DNA of 56,284 nucleotides from an uncultured Paludibacter sp. (GCA_964515675.1 CAZEVV010000001.1:1-56284); one strand, 5' to 3'. Counted from the first letter of the stretch, positions 39,051 to 49,486 are shown. Numbers and translations are program-made. The notes: a model not told the origin generated them from the letters alone.

Positions 39051-42000
39051 ATGGACAAATCAGTAAAGAAAGTCCTTTTATTGGGTTCGGGCGCACTCAA
39101 AATTGGACAAGCAGGAGAATTCGACTATTCGGGTTCGCAGGCCCTAAAGGCCTTGAAAGAAGAAGGTATTAAAACGGTGTTGATAAATCCAAACATTGCC
39201 ACTATTCAAACATCAGAAGGCATTGCAGATAGTGTTTACTTTCTGCCCATAACGCCACAATTTGTTGAAGAAGTGATTAAAAAAGAACAACCAGATGGTT
39301 TGTTATTAGCATTTGGCGGTCAAACAGCACTGAACTGTGGTACAGAACTTTATCTTAGCGGAACACTTAAAAAATATGGTGTAAAAGTTTTGGGCACAAG
39401 TGTGGAGGCCATTATGATTACCGAAGATAGAGATTTGTTTGTGAAAAAACTCAACGAAATTGCAGCCAAAACGCCAGTATCAGAAGCAGTTGAAAGTTTG
39501 GAGGCCGCAAAACTTGCAGCAAATCGCATTGGTTATCCCGTTATGGTACGTTCGGCCTACGCACTTGGCGGATTAGGTTCGGGCATTTGTGCCAACGAAA
39601 CCGAATTTATTACTCTGTGTGAAAGCGCATTAGCATTTTCGAAACAAATTTTGATTGAAGAGAGTTTAAAAGGCTGGAAAGAAATTGAATTTGAAGTAAT
39701 TCGCGATAAAAACGATCATTGTTTTACAGTTGTACCAATGGAAAATTTCGATCCATTAGGTATTCATACAGGCGAATCGATTGTTGTAGCTCCAATTATT
39801 AGTTTATCGAAAGAACAAATAGCTCACCTCGAAGATATTGCACGTAAAGTTGTACGACATATTGGTATAGTTGGCGAATGTAATATTCAATATGCCTACA
39901 ATGCCGAAACAAATGACTATAGAATCATTGAAATAAATGCACGTTTGAGTCGTTCGTCGGCTTTGGCATCAAAGGCCTCGGGTTATCCATTGGCATTTGT
40001 TGCTACAAAATTAGCATTAGGATATTCGCTCGATCAGATTGGTGAAATGGGCACTGCACAGTCGGCCTATGTAGCGCCAAGTGTTGATTATATGATAGTT
40101 AAGATTCCACGTTGGGATTTAACCAAGTTTGCAGGTGTGAGTCGCGAAATTGGTTCGTCGATGAAGTCGGTAGGCGAAATTATGTCGATAGGGCAATCAT
40201 TCGAAGAAATTATTCAAAAAGGTTTGCGCATGATTGGACAAGGAATGCACGGATTTGTAGGAAATAACGATTTGAAATTTGATGATGTAGCCTCTGCCCT
40301 TTCGAAACCTACTGACTTACGTATTTTTGCCATTGCCGATGCTTTCGAAAAAGGATTTAGTGTTGAGCAAATTGTCAATTTGACAAAAATTGACAAATGG
40401 TTTATCGAAAAACTTGAAAATATTCATTTGTATAGCAAAAAAATTGCTCAATATCAAAATATTAACGATTTGCCAAATGAAGTATTAGCTGAAGCAAAAC
40501 GCTTGGGCTTTTCTGATTTTCAGATTGCTCGTTTTGTTGAAAGCCCCAAAGGCAATATGGAAACTGAATTGTTGGCGGTACGAAATCGTAGAAAAGCATT
40601 AGGAATTACACCTAAAATTGGACGCATAACAACCATTGCTTCAGCGCAAGACCACGAAACAAACTATTTATATTTAACTTACGGCAATAAAAATAATGTT
40701 TATCAACCAAAAGTATCGTCGAACTCGGTAGTTGTTTTAGGTTCAGGTGCTTATCGTATTGGCTCGTCGGTCGAATTTGACTGGTGTTCGGTAAATGCAG
40801 TTCAAACAGCACGTAAATTGGGCTACGAGTCGGTTATTATTAACTATAATCCCGAAACAGTTTCGACCGATTACGACATGTGCGACCGATTATATTTTGA
40901 TGAATTGTCGTTTGAGCGCGTATTGGATGTTATTGACATTGAAAACCCGAAGGGAACAATCGTTTCGATGGGCGGACAAATACCTAACAATTTAGCTGTA
41001 AAGCTTGATAAACAAAACGTTAAGATATTAGGAACAACAGCAGCATCCATCGACCGTGCAGAAAATAGACATAAATTTTCGTCGATGCTCGATGCCTTAA
41101 ACATCGACCAACCCCGCTGGAAAGAACTCAGCAGTTTTGAAGAAATTGACAGTTTTGTAGAAGAAGTTGGTTTTCCGGTGTTAATTCGTCCCTCGTATGT
41201 ACTTTCGGGTGCAGCCATGAATGTATGTTATGATAAAGAGCAAATGCTTAAATTTCTGACACTTGCGGCCAAAGTTTCGAAAGAATATCCGGTTGTTGTA
41301 TCGTCGTTTATGCAAAATGCAAAAGAGCTCGAGTTCGATGCAGTAGCGCAAAATGGTGAAGTAATTGAATATGCAATATCAGAACATGTCGAATTTGCAG
41401 GTGTACACTCAGGTGATGCCACTTTGGTATTTCCAGCTCAAAAAATATATTTCGAAACCATGCGTCGCGTAAAAAAGATTTCGAAGCAAATTGCTAAAGA
41501 GCTCAACATCAGCGGCCCATTTAATATACAGTTTTTGGCAAAAAACAACGAGATAAAAGTAATCGAGTGTAATTTACGTGCATCACGCTCTTTCCCATTT
41601 GTTTCGAAAGTGCTCAAACGCAATTTTATCGATACAGCAACGCGCATTATGCTCGAAGCATCGTTTAATAAGCCCACCTCTGATATATTTGATATTGAAC
41701 ATGTTGGCGTAAAAGCTTCGCAATTTTCATTCAATAGGTTGCAAAATGCCGACCCAATTTTAGGTGTCGATATGTCGTCGACAGGTGAAGTGGGTTGTAT
41801 TGGCGACGATTACCGCGAAGCCTTATTAAAATCTTTGTTATCAGTAGGTTATCATATTCCTCAAAAATCAGTTCTGGTGTCGTCGGGCGAAGCAAAATCG
41901 AAAGTGGATTTGCTAGAAGCTTGTCACGAACTAAACAACAAAGCTTATACTATTTATGCAACAAATGGCACATGTAATTTTTTAAATGAAAATGGCATTA

Positions 42001-42263
42001 ATGCTAAGAAAGTATTATGGCCCGACGAAGAAGGCGAAAATAATGTAATTGAGTTAATGGGCAAGAAAGTGTTTGATTTAGTGATAAATATTCCAAAGAA
42101 TCAGACAAGAAGAGAGTTAACCAATGGTTATAAAATCAGACGTGGAGCTGTTGATTACAACATACCTTTGCTAACAGATGCTCGTTTAGCCTCGGCATTT
42201 ATACATGCATTTTGTACGCTGGATATTAGCGATTTAAAAATAAAAAGTTGGAGCGAATACTGA
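39051..42263 (+). CDS. carB: Carbamoyl-phosphate synthase large subunit (stand-alone second copy)
   Basis: KKVLLLGSGALKIGQAGEFDYSG, MENFDPLGIHTGES, IGSSVEFDW, AGVHSGDA, MGS domain. Confidence 0.96.
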   Translation: MDKSVKKVLLLGSGALKIGQAGEFDYSGSQALKALKEEGIKTVLINPNIATIQTSEGIADSVYFLPITPQFVEEVIKKEQPDGLLLAFGGQTALNCGTELYLSGTLKKYGVKVLGTSVEAIMITEDRDLFVKKLNEIAAKTPVSEAVESLEAAKLAANRIGYPVMVRSAYALGGLGSGICANETEFITLCESALAFSKQILIEESLKGWKEIEFEVIRDKNDHCFTVVPMENFDPLGIHTGESIVVAPIISLSKEQIAHLEDIARKVVRHIGIVGECNIQYAYNAETNDYRIIEINARLSRSSALASKASGYPLAFVATKLALGYSLDQIGEMGTAQSAYVAPSVDYMIVKIPRWDLTKFAGVSREIGSSMKSVGEIMSIGQSFEEIIQKGLRMIGQGMHGFVGNNDLKFDDVASALSKPTDLRIFAIADAFEKGFSVEQIVNLTKIDKWFIEKLENIHLYSKKIAQYQNINDLPNEVLAEAKRLGFSDFQIARFVESPKGNMETELLAVRNRRKALGITPKIGRITTIASAQDHETNYLYLTYGNKNNVYQPKVSSNSVVVLGSGAYRIGSSVEFDWCSVNAVQTARKLGYESVIINYNPETVSTDYDMCDRLYFDELSFERVLDVIDIENPKGTIVSMGGQIPNNLAVKLDKQNVKILGTTAASIDRAENRHKFSSMLDALNIDQPRWKELSSFEEIDSFVEEVGFPVLIRPSYVLSGAAMNVCYDKEQMLKFLTLAAKVSKEYPVVVSSFMQNAKELEFDAVAQNGEVIEYAISEHVEFAGVHSGDATLVFPAQKIYFETMRRVKKISKQIAKELNISGPFNIQFLAKNNEIKVIECNLRASRSFPFVSKVLKRNFIDTATRIMLEASFNKPTSDIFDIEHVGVKASQFSFNRLQNADPILGVDMSSTGEVGCIGDDYREALLKSLLSVGYHIPQKSVLVSSGEAKSKVDLLEACHELNNKAYTIYATNGTCNFLNENGINAKKVLWPDEEGENNVIELMGKKVFDLVINIPKNQTRRELTNGYKIRRGAVDYNIPLLTDARLASAFIHAFCTLDISDLKIKSWSEY

Positions 42264-42295
42264 CTTTTTGATTGACAACAACTCTAATTCGCAAC

Positions 42296-42330
42296 AAAAA
42301 AGCCACTCAACTTATTGAGTGGCTTTTTTT
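42296..42330. terminator. Bidirectional terminator
   Basis: AAAAAAGCCACTCAA...TTGAGTGGCTTTTTTT. Confidence 0.85.
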
Positions 42331-42349
42331 ATTAAACCGATGTCGAATA

Positions 42350-42787
42350 TTATGCTTCGACGATTTCAATTTTCTCAATTTTGTCGCCTTGACGAATGGC
42401 ATCAACTACTTCGATACCTTCGACAACTTTACCAAAGCAAGTGTGGTTGCGATCGAGATGTGCTGTGTTGGCACGGCTATGGCATATAAAAAACTGAGAA
42501 CCACCGGTATTACGGCCTGCATGTGCCATAGATAATACTCCTCTGTCGTGAAATTGATTGTCGCCTGTAAGTTCGCAATCGATGCTATAACCAGGGCCAC
42601 CAGCGCCTGTTCCATTCGGACAACCACCTTGAATTACAAAATTAGGAATTACACGGTGAAAAGTAAGTCCATTGTAAAAACCCTTTTCAGATAAGTCGAT
42701 GAAGTTCTTCACTGTATTTGGAGCATCTTTTTCGTAAAACTCCACTGTCATTACTCCCTTTACTGTTGAAATAATTGCTTTTTTCAT
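42350..42787 (-). CDS. Cyclophilin-type peptidyl-prolyl cis-trans isomerase
   Basis: [40 protein letters not shown]; ATG at 42787. Confidence 0.95.
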   Translation of the reverse strand: MKKAIISTVKGVMTVEFYEKDAPNTVKNFIDLSEKGFYNGLTFHRVIPNFVIQGGCPNGTGAGGPGYSIDCELTGDNQFHDRGVLSMAHAGRNTGGSQFFICHSRANTAHLDRNHTCFGKVVEGIEVVDAIRQGDKIEKIEIVEA

Positions 42788-42829
42788 TTTAAAAAATCGC
42801 GTAGTCGCCACTTTATTGTTTATTGATAT

Positions 42830-43282
42830 TTATTTTATATTAAAATACGTCCAATTAGAAAATATTTTTGTGTTGAAAACATTAAAAAATATCCAAGCGT
42901 GTAAATTACTTGCTTCTTTTACTCTATAATTCAGTACGATATTAATATTTTCGGTATCACGAGTTCCACATCGGGTTTTGAACACAAGTTTTTTGTTTTC
43001 GGTATTATAAATTACCACATTAGCAAAGTCGTTGGGCGAAGCATTTGCATCAAAATCCCATTGTAGGGCTATCGTTTGGGAATTCAGCAATTTTGCTTCA
43101 ATTGTTTTTGCCGGAATTATATCGTCGTGCAACGAAATTAATTTTGAAAAATCAATTTTATCAAAATCATCATTCTCAGCAAAGAAAAATTCAAGATAAT
43201 CATCCGCAAAATCTTCGCTTAAATACTCGAAAACCTCATAAAAGGCTTCTTTTAATTTCAAAAAATCTTGCTTCTCTCCCAC
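42830..43282 (-). CDS. Hypothetical protein (C-terminal beta-sandwich, possibly DUF6266-like)
   Basis: 150-aa ORF between yggS and the cyclophilin; W..D..VIYN..R..HAWIFF..S..Y pattern (family recalled from memory, not searched). Confidence 0.55.
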   Translation of the reverse strand: MGEKQDFLKLKEAFYEVFEYLSEDFADDYLEFFFAENDDFDKIDFSKLISLHDDIIPAKTIEAKLLNSQTIALQWDFDANASPNDFANVVIYNTENKKLVFKTRCGTRDTENINIVLNYRVKEASNLHAWIFFNVFNTKIFSNWTYFNIK

Positions 43283-43298
43283 TCTAGCTTATTGATTT

Positions 43299-43967
43299 TC
43301 AGTAATTTCGAACACCAAAAATTGAACTACCTATACGAACCATTGTACTTCCTTGTGCTATGGCTAATTGATAATCGTCGGACATACCCATCGATACAAT
43401 ATTAAAGCGCTCGTTGTTGGCAAAACACTCGGTTTTCAATTGTTCGAAAACTGCTTTAAGCAAATCAAACTCCGAACGCACCAAATCCGTATCGTTACTA
43501 AAGGTAGCCATGCCCATTACACCAACAATTTCGGCATATTGAAGTTTCTGAAAACCCTCATCTTTAAAACTATTTAGTATTTCGTCCACCGAAAAACCAA
43601 ATTTTGTATCTTCTTTAGCAATATGTATTTGCAGTAAACATTGCTGTTTTCGTCCAATTTTTGCTGCTTGTTTTTCTATTTCGGCAAGTAATTTTATTGA
43701 GTCGACACCATGTATTAAGTCAACAAATGGCACAATATATTTCACCTTATTGCTCTGTAAATGACCAATAAAATGCCACTTTATATCTTTTGGTAGCGAT
43801 TCGTATTTAGCACACATTTCCTGCACTTTGCTTTCGCCAAAAACACGTTCGCCAACATTATAGGCTTGCATAATATCGTCGTTGGAATGAAATTTCGACA
43901 CACACACCAATTGTACGTGTTTGGGTATGTTTTTCCGAATTTCAGCTATATTTGAAGCTATCGACAT
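43299..43967 (-). CDS. yggS: YggS/PLP homeostasis protein
   Basis: VCVSK, FGESKVQE, WHFIGHLQSNK, SMGMSDD, VRIGSSIFG. Confidence 0.95.
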   Translation of the reverse strand: MSIASNIAEIRKNIPKHVQLVCVSKFHSNDDIMQAYNVGERVFGESKVQEMCAKYESLPKDIKWHFIGHLQSNKVKYIVPFVDLIHGVDSIKLLAEIEKQAAKIGRKQQCLLQIHIAKEDTKFGFSVDEILNSFKDEGFQKLQYAEIVGVMGMATFSNDTDLVRSEFDLLKAVFEQLKTECFANNERFNIVSMGMSDDYQLAIAQGSTMVRIGSSIFGVRNY

Positions 43968-44077
43968 GTTACATTCATTTTTTAAAAAATTATCAGTACA
44001 AAAATACTAAAAAAGCAGCTTTAATTAAACATTTAACTTGCAAATATGTTAGAAAAGTAAATTTAAAACACTACAAA

Positions 44078-44494
44078 ATGGATAAACATAAAATTTCGAC
44101 CAATTGGTTGCAAAACATGTCGTTCGAATCGGACATTGATGGACATAAAGTACGCGTAGATGCTCCTGTAAATGGAGGTGGTGATAATAGTGGCCCTAGT
44201 CCGAAAAAACTTATGTTGGCTGCCTTGAGTGGTTGCACAGGCATGGATGTGGTTTCGATACTAAAAAAAATGCGTGTTGAGATAGACAGTTGTAGCATTG
44301 AAGTTGAAGGTTGGCTCGAAGACGAACATCCGCGTTTTTACAACAAAATGCATGTTACATATATTTTTAGAGGGCAAAATTTGCCTATGGACAAGCTCGA
44401 AAAGGCTGTAAAAATGAGCGAAGATACTTATTGTGGTGTTCGTGCCTTATATGCAAAAGCGATTGAAGTGAGTTCGTCGATTGTTATTGAATAA
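44078..44494 (+). CDS. OsmC/YhfA family protein
   Basis: GPSPKKLMLAALSGCTGMDV and YCGV; ATG at 44078. Confidence 0.88.
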   Translation: MDKHKISTNWLQNMSFESDIDGHKVRVDAPVNGGGDNSGPSPKKLMLAALSGCTGMDVVSILKKMRVEIDSCSIEVEGWLEDEHPRFYNKMHVTYIFRGQNLPMDKLEKAVKMSEDTYCGVRALYAKAIEVSSSIVIE

Positions 44495-44502
44495 TAATTA
44501 GG

Positions 44503-44610
44503 GATTTAAATTTTGAAGATTTTATATTTGAAGATTTGAAGATTTGAGATTTGAAGATTTGATAGATTTGTCCCGATTGCTATCGGGATTGATAGGTTTG
44601 AGATTTATAG
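44503..44610. repeat. Degenerate 7-8-mer tandem repeat (GATTTGAA) with an embedded palindrome
   Basis: Multiple GATTTG(A/AA) units; TCCCGAT-TGCT-ATCGGGA at 44571-44588. Confidence 0.7.
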
Positions 44611-44612
44611 AT

Positions 44613-44655
44613 AAAAAGCTGTGTGTCAAATCAATATAACACACAGCTTTTTTTT
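44613..44655. terminator. Bidirectional terminator
   Basis: AAAAAGCTGTGTGT...ACACACAGCTTTTTTTT. Confidence 0.8.
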
Positions 44656-44756
44656 AATTGTTATACAAATACTGTAATTTATTTTGTGTTAAATGAGTCA
44701 TTTCAACCCCAAAAACAATCGGAAGAAATTTTCAAATAAATAAACAATATTTTTTT

Positions 44757-46013
44757 TTAATGCTTGATATTTTCAACTTCTTTGGGATCGTGTTTGTGTT
44801 TAAACATTATGGCAAACAACACACCAACTACAAGTGCATATGCTGCAAAAGTAAACCAAATGTTTGGCCAATCTTTATGTCCATCGGCGCTTGTAAAAAA
44901 CTTGTCGATTAAGTTGCCACTAATCAAACTGCCCATTATTGCGCCAAAACCATTGGTCATCATCATAAACAAACCTTGTGCCGATGAGCGCATTTTGGGG
45001 CTTGTAGAAGTTTCGACAAAAAGCGAACCCGAAATATTGAAGAAATCGAATGCCATACCGTAAACCATCATCGAAAGAATTATCATCCAAAGACGATCGT
45101 CGGGGTTACCAAAACCAAACAATGCAAAGCGCAATACCCAAGCGGCCATGCTCATGAGCATAACATTCTTAATACCAAAACGTTTAAGAAAAAATGGGAT
45201 AGCCAAAATAAACAAAGTCTCTGATATTTGCGAAATCGACATTACGATGGTGGAGTATTTTACAACAAAAGAATTAGCATATTGAGGTATTTCTTTAAAA
45301 TCGTCGAGGAAAGTATCGCCATACATATTTGTAAGTTGCAAAGCAGCCCCTAAAAACATCGAAAAAACAAAAAACAATGCCATTTTGTAATTGGCAAACA
45401 ATTTAAATGCATCCAAACCTAAAGTTTGAATCAAGCCAGCACCTTTTTGTATACCTCCTTGTGGAGCACATTTGGGTAGCGAAAACGAATACACACCCAA
45501 CACTATCGAAAAAATTGCTGATATAACAAATTGATTTTCGGAAGCTTTATTGCCAGTTAAATTTGTAACCCACATGGCCACAATAAAACCAATGGTACCC
45601 CACACGCGAATGGGCGGAAAATCTTTTACAACATCGAAATTCGCAGTTTTAAGTGCATTGTAAGCAATTGAATTAGAAAGCGCTATGGTTGGCATATAAA
45701 AAATCATTGCCACAAGCATAATCCAGAAAAATGTGTGCGGATTATCGATTTGTGTAAGCATAAAAATGGATATGCCACCTAAAATATGCAATATACCATA
45801 CAGTTTTTCGGCATTCATCCAACGGTCGGCCACAATACCCATTAATGTTGGCATAAATAAGGATGCTATACCTAAAGTTGTGAAAACAGCTCCAAAATTT
45901 GCACCATCCCATTGCTTAGTATTAAACCAAAATACACCGATAGTAATAAGCCAAGCTCCCCAAACAAAGAATTGGAGAAAATTCATGATAATAAGACGAA
46001 GTTTCAGTCCCAT
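44757..46013 (-). CDS. nupG: Nucleoside:H+ symporter (MFS, NupG family)
   Basis: FLQFFVWGAW, FPPIRVWGTIGF, SQISE, AFDFFNISG, SAQGL..TNGFG. Confidence 0.9.
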   Translation of the reverse strand: MGLKLRLIIMNFLQFFVWGAWLITIGVFWFNTKQWDGANFGAVFTTLGIASLFMPTLMGIVADRWMNAEKLYGILHILGGISIFMLTQIDNPHTFFWIMLVAMIFYMPTIALSNSIAYNALKTANFDVVKDFPPIRVWGTIGFIVAMWVTNLTGNKASENQFVISAIFSIVLGVYSFSLPKCAPQGGIQKGAGLIQTLGLDAFKLFANYKMALFFVFSMFLGAALQLTNMYGDTFLDDFKEIPQYANSFVVKYSTIVMSISQISETLFILAIPFFLKRFGIKNVMLMSMAAWVLRFALFGFGNPDDRLWMIILSMMVYGMAFDFFNISGSLFVETSTSPKMRSSAQGLFMMMTNGFGAIMGSLISGNLIDKFFTSADGHKDWPNIWFTFAAYALVVGVLFAIMFKHKHDPKEVENIKH

Positions 46014-46060
46014 GATTTTGTTCTTTTTTTTAAGATTAATATAATTGTTTTTTTTGTGTG

Positions 46061-46675
46061 TTAATTATTACGTTTACGCTCCAGTGCATCGCGCAAATTT
46101 ACGGCTAATTCGTACTTTTCTTCGGTAATAGCCATTTTCAACAACTCATTCAGAGCATCTTCGCTCAAAGCATCGAGCTGTTCAGCTGTCATTTCTTCGG
46201 CGTCGATGGCAACATCGTCATCATGCATATCGTCGATATCTTCTGTTTTACGGATTGATGTATCGATATTGCTGCCAACAATTTCGATAATTTCCGATTT
46301 TATAAAAATTGGAGCATTCGATCGAATGGCCAATGCAACAGCATCCGATGTGCGTGCATCGATAACAAGTTTTTTATCGTTTACCGAGTTTATATGCAAT
46401 TCGGAGTAAAAAACATCGTTCACCATGTCGTAGATAAGCACTTTTTCGATATAAGCCTCGTATGCCAAAAGAATATTGTTAATTAAATCGTGTGTTAATG
46501 GGCGTGGCGAACGTTTATTGTTCAATTTCAAGGCTATCGACTGTGCTTCAGGCTCACCTATCATCACCGAGAAACGTCTGTTACCATGTTCTTCACTCAA
46601 AACCAGCCCATAAGTTCCAACAATACTTTGGTTATACACCAATCCTGTTACAGTAAGTTTTATTTCGTTAGCCAT
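46061..46675 (-). CDS. Bifunctional nuclease (DUF151) with C-terminal UVR motif
   Basis: IGEPEAQSIA, RPLTHDL, DARTSDAVALA, EKYELAVNLRD; ATG at 46675. Confidence 0.9.
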   Translation of the reverse strand: MANEIKLTVTGLVYNQSIVGTYGLVLSEEHGNRRFSVMIGEPEAQSIALKLNNKRSPRPLTHDLINNILLAYEAYIEKVLIYDMVNDVFYSELHINSVNDKKLVIDARTSDAVALAIRSNAPIFIKSEIIEIVGSNIDTSIRKTEDIDDMHDDDVAIDAEEMTAEQLDALSEDALNELLKMAITEEKYELAVNLRDALERKRNN

Positions 46676-46771
46676 ATGTTTATTAATTTGTTTGTTTACA
46701 AAAAAAAAATTGGAGCGCAAATATAAATTAAATTTATAGCTTCTCAAATAAAATGCACAAGTAATAAAGAA

Positions 46772-47377
46772 TTATTTTTTCATCAAGTCCTTATTTATTT
46801 GCTCGATATAATTCAACAATTCGTCACGACCAATGCGTTTATCCGACGAAGTTACAAAAATTGGAGGCAATTCTTCCCATTGTTCTTTAAGAGCTTCGGT
46901 GTACACTTTAACACTTTCCTTGGCTCTTTGGTTCGACAGCTTGTCCATTTTGGTAAAAACAATACTGAAAGGCACTGCATTTTCGCCCAACCACTCCATA
47001 AAATCGAGGTCAATTTTTTGTGGTTCGTGTCGAATATCAATAAGCAAAAACAAAGCCGTAAGTTGCTCGCGCATAAGTATATAATCTTCGATTATGGACT
47101 TAAGTTGTTCGCGCATTTTTTTGCCGGTAGTAGCATAACCATAGCCAGGTAAATCAACCAAATGCCAATTATTATTGATAATGAAGTGATTAATTAATAA
47201 GGTTTTACCCGGTTTGGATGAGGTCATTGCCAAACCTTTTTTGTTGGTAAGCATATTAATCAACGACGATTTCCCGACATTTGATCGACCGATAAAAGCA
47301 TATTCGGGCAAGTTCGATTCCGGACATTTTCGAAAATCGGTATTACTTATTACAAATTCTGCACTTTGTATATTCAT
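46772..47377 (-). CDS. engB: Ribosome biogenesis GTPase YihA/YsxC
   Basis: [29 protein letters not shown]. Confidence 0.96.
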   Translation of the reverse strand: MNIQSAEFVISNTDFRKCPESNLPEYAFIGRSNVGKSSLINMLTNKKGLAMTSSKPGKTLLINHFIINNNWHLVDLPGYGYATTGKKMREQLKSIIEDYILMREQLTALFLLIDIRHEPQKIDLDFMEWLGENAVPFSIVFTKMDKLSNQRAKESVKVYTEALKEQWEELPPIFVTSSDKRIGRDELLNYIEQINKDLMKK

Positions 47378-47878
47378 GATGATATTTTTAATTTCATTTT
47401 TTACTTATTCATACAAAAATATAAAAAAAAATGCAATTAGCAGCCTATGCGCGCAAAGCTTTTATTATTTAGTGCTTAGCAAATGCTGTTGTAGTTTGAT
47501 ATTTAGTGTTTACAAGAAAAAGCCAATCGCACTAACCACAACTAAAACTAATCATATATTTCAGAAAATTCGATGTTTTTGCAGTTTCGTACGACTTAGT
47601 TTTTACGCATTTTACACAACACCGAGTTTTTTGTTTCAAAGAATTTTAAAAATAAAATCTGCAATCGTATTTTTAATAATCAATTCCAACAATTTTGTGA
47701 ATGTTATATTCAGCATTTAAAAATTATATTCTAAAGTGCACTACAAGCCGAATTATTGAAATAAACGACCTTGCAGCAAGTAGCCGATTTTTAACACAAC
47801 ATTAAAAATAATCTAAAAAAATAAGTAAAATTAGTTTCAACTAAAAAAATCATTAGCCCAAAAATAAAGATTTTTTAC

Positions 47879-47908
47879 TACATTTGTACGTATTTGTAAA
47901 TTTTTACA
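47879..47908 (+). promoter_or_regulatory. Candidate promoter (TACATTTG) with adjacent TGTAAA-N2-TTTACA inverted repeat
   Basis: TACATTTG at 47879-47886; TGTAAATTTTTACA at 47895-47908. Confidence 0.4.
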
Positions 47909-48155
47909 TTAGCGTTAAATTACAAAAACAGTGAATATCTATAATCGCATTCCGAAGTAAGATTATATATATGATTATAAGCAAATTAAAATTAACCAAC
48001 ATAATTTACATCGACATGAATAATAAATTGGCACAATATTTGGCTATCGTCAATTAACAATTACATATAATAATCTTCTCAAATTTGTATTAATTACAAA
48101 TAGTATTTTCAAATAATTTCAAAATCAATAATATGTATAATTTAATTTAGAGGAA

Positions 48156-49418
48156 ATGAATCGTTTATTTATTTTAACGCTATCAGCTTTTCTGTTTTTA
48201 ACATTAAGCACACGCGCCAACGAAACATTGAGTAGCGACATGCCTGTTTTTCAGGGCGCATTTAAACTCGATAACTCGGGCCGTAGTTTGAGCTATGCTT
48301 TTGCAGCAGGCGACAAAGTATTTGTAAAAATTGGCACCCCTAAAAAAAGAGAATTAAGGAGTGTACGATTAACAACATTGACTGGCGAAGTAGTATGGAG
48401 CCGTGACAATACTGCAAGTTTCGAAATTGAAATCCCAATTCAACAAGCGGGCGTTTACACCTTTAATTTTGAGAAAAGAGGCCTGTTTAACTTCAAAGCC
48501 AATGTCGATATTTCGCGTAAAGCGGGTTCAGTGGCTCAGCACAATACTGCATTTCGCAAGCACAACATTTACACGCCCGAGCTTGTGAAATTCAAAGTCG
48601 ACTCGGCAATTGGATACCAAAGTGCAGCATATAACATGCAGGAATTTAAAGTTTTCAACAAGTATTATTTTCAAAATGTAAGTTTATTTAGTCATAAATC
48701 GCAAGTAAAAGGCAACTTGGCACTCGATGGCAACCACGTGAAAGGCTATCCGTTGGCCATAAAACCCGAACTTGTGCCAGCCGATGCAAAATTAAAATCG
48801 TACACCTACTCGCTTAACTCGGTTTTGGGTGGTCAGCAACATTGGCGCATTGCCGAGCTTACGGCACAAATTGGAGGTACGGCAGCAAGTATTTTTTTAA
48901 CGCCTGCAGCTGGTTTTGCAGTACATGGCACTATGGCGCTTATTGGCCCTTCGCCTAGCAATGCTCCTGTATTGTATTATATGTCGAATAGACATTCGGA
49001 TATAAAAACAGTGGGCGAAATAAAGTCGAATTATGCAAAAGCTGCAACAGTAAGTAATACTGCAGTGAATATAGTGTCAGCAGGACTTGGATTTTTTAGC
49101 GATAAAGCTGCAAAAAAGGTCGACAAACTAAAAGTTGATACAAAAGACGAAGGCGATTTGGATTTTACACAAAAAGGAAATGTCACCAATTTATTTGTTA
49201 GCTCGGCCATACCGCCTACCGAACAGTATTTTATAATGACAAATTCGTATGTAGCCCAAGCTAAGAACATAAGTCTCAACGGAACAGCTTTGTATTATTT
49301 CCCTACCTACTTCACAGTTCGTGCACAAGAGGAAGATTATAAGTTGAAAACCACCCAAATTCAGAAAGAAGAGACTAAAATAAACAAACGCACCAACTTT
49401 GTTTCGATAAACGATTAA
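48156..49418 (+). CDS. Exported hypothetical protein with an internal Gly/Ala-rich hydrophobic hairpin
   Basis: 420 aa; Sec signal peptide (..LSTRA); beta-rich N-terminal domain; IGGTAASIFLTPAAGFAVHGTMALIG. Confidence 0.8.
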   Translation: MNRLFILTLSAFLFLTLSTRANETLSSDMPVFQGAFKLDNSGRSLSYAFAAGDKVFVKIGTPKKRELRSVRLTTLTGEVVWSRDNTASFEIEIPIQQAGVYTFNFEKRGLFNFKANVDISRKAGSVAQHNTAFRKHNIYTPELVKFKVDSAIGYQSAAYNMQEFKVFNKYYFQNVSLFSHKSQVKGNLALDGNHVKGYPLAIKPELVPADAKLKSYTYSLNSVLGGQQHWRIAELTAQIGGTAASIFLTPAAGFAVHGTMALIGPSPSNAPVLYYMSNRHSDIKTVGEIKSNYAKAATVSNTAVNIVSAGLGFFSDKAAKKVDKLKVDTKDEGDLDFTQKGNVTNLFVSSAIPPTEQYFIMTNSYVAQAKNISLNGTALYYFPTYFTVRAQEEDYKLKTTQIQKEETKINKRTNFVSIND

Positions 49419-49486
49419 ACCAAAAGTTGGCATAAGTATTTTATTTTTTTAAGTTAACTACTTATCAATAAATTAATTAAATAAAA

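Noticed and set aside
13541-44610. Short repeat tracts and the TTTACA array as CRISPR arrays
   Set aside because: No 25-45-nt direct repeats with regular unique spacers, and no cas genes
47214-47720. 168-aa plus-strand ORF
   Set aside because: Antisense to engB and runs into AT-rich intergenic DNA; no motifs
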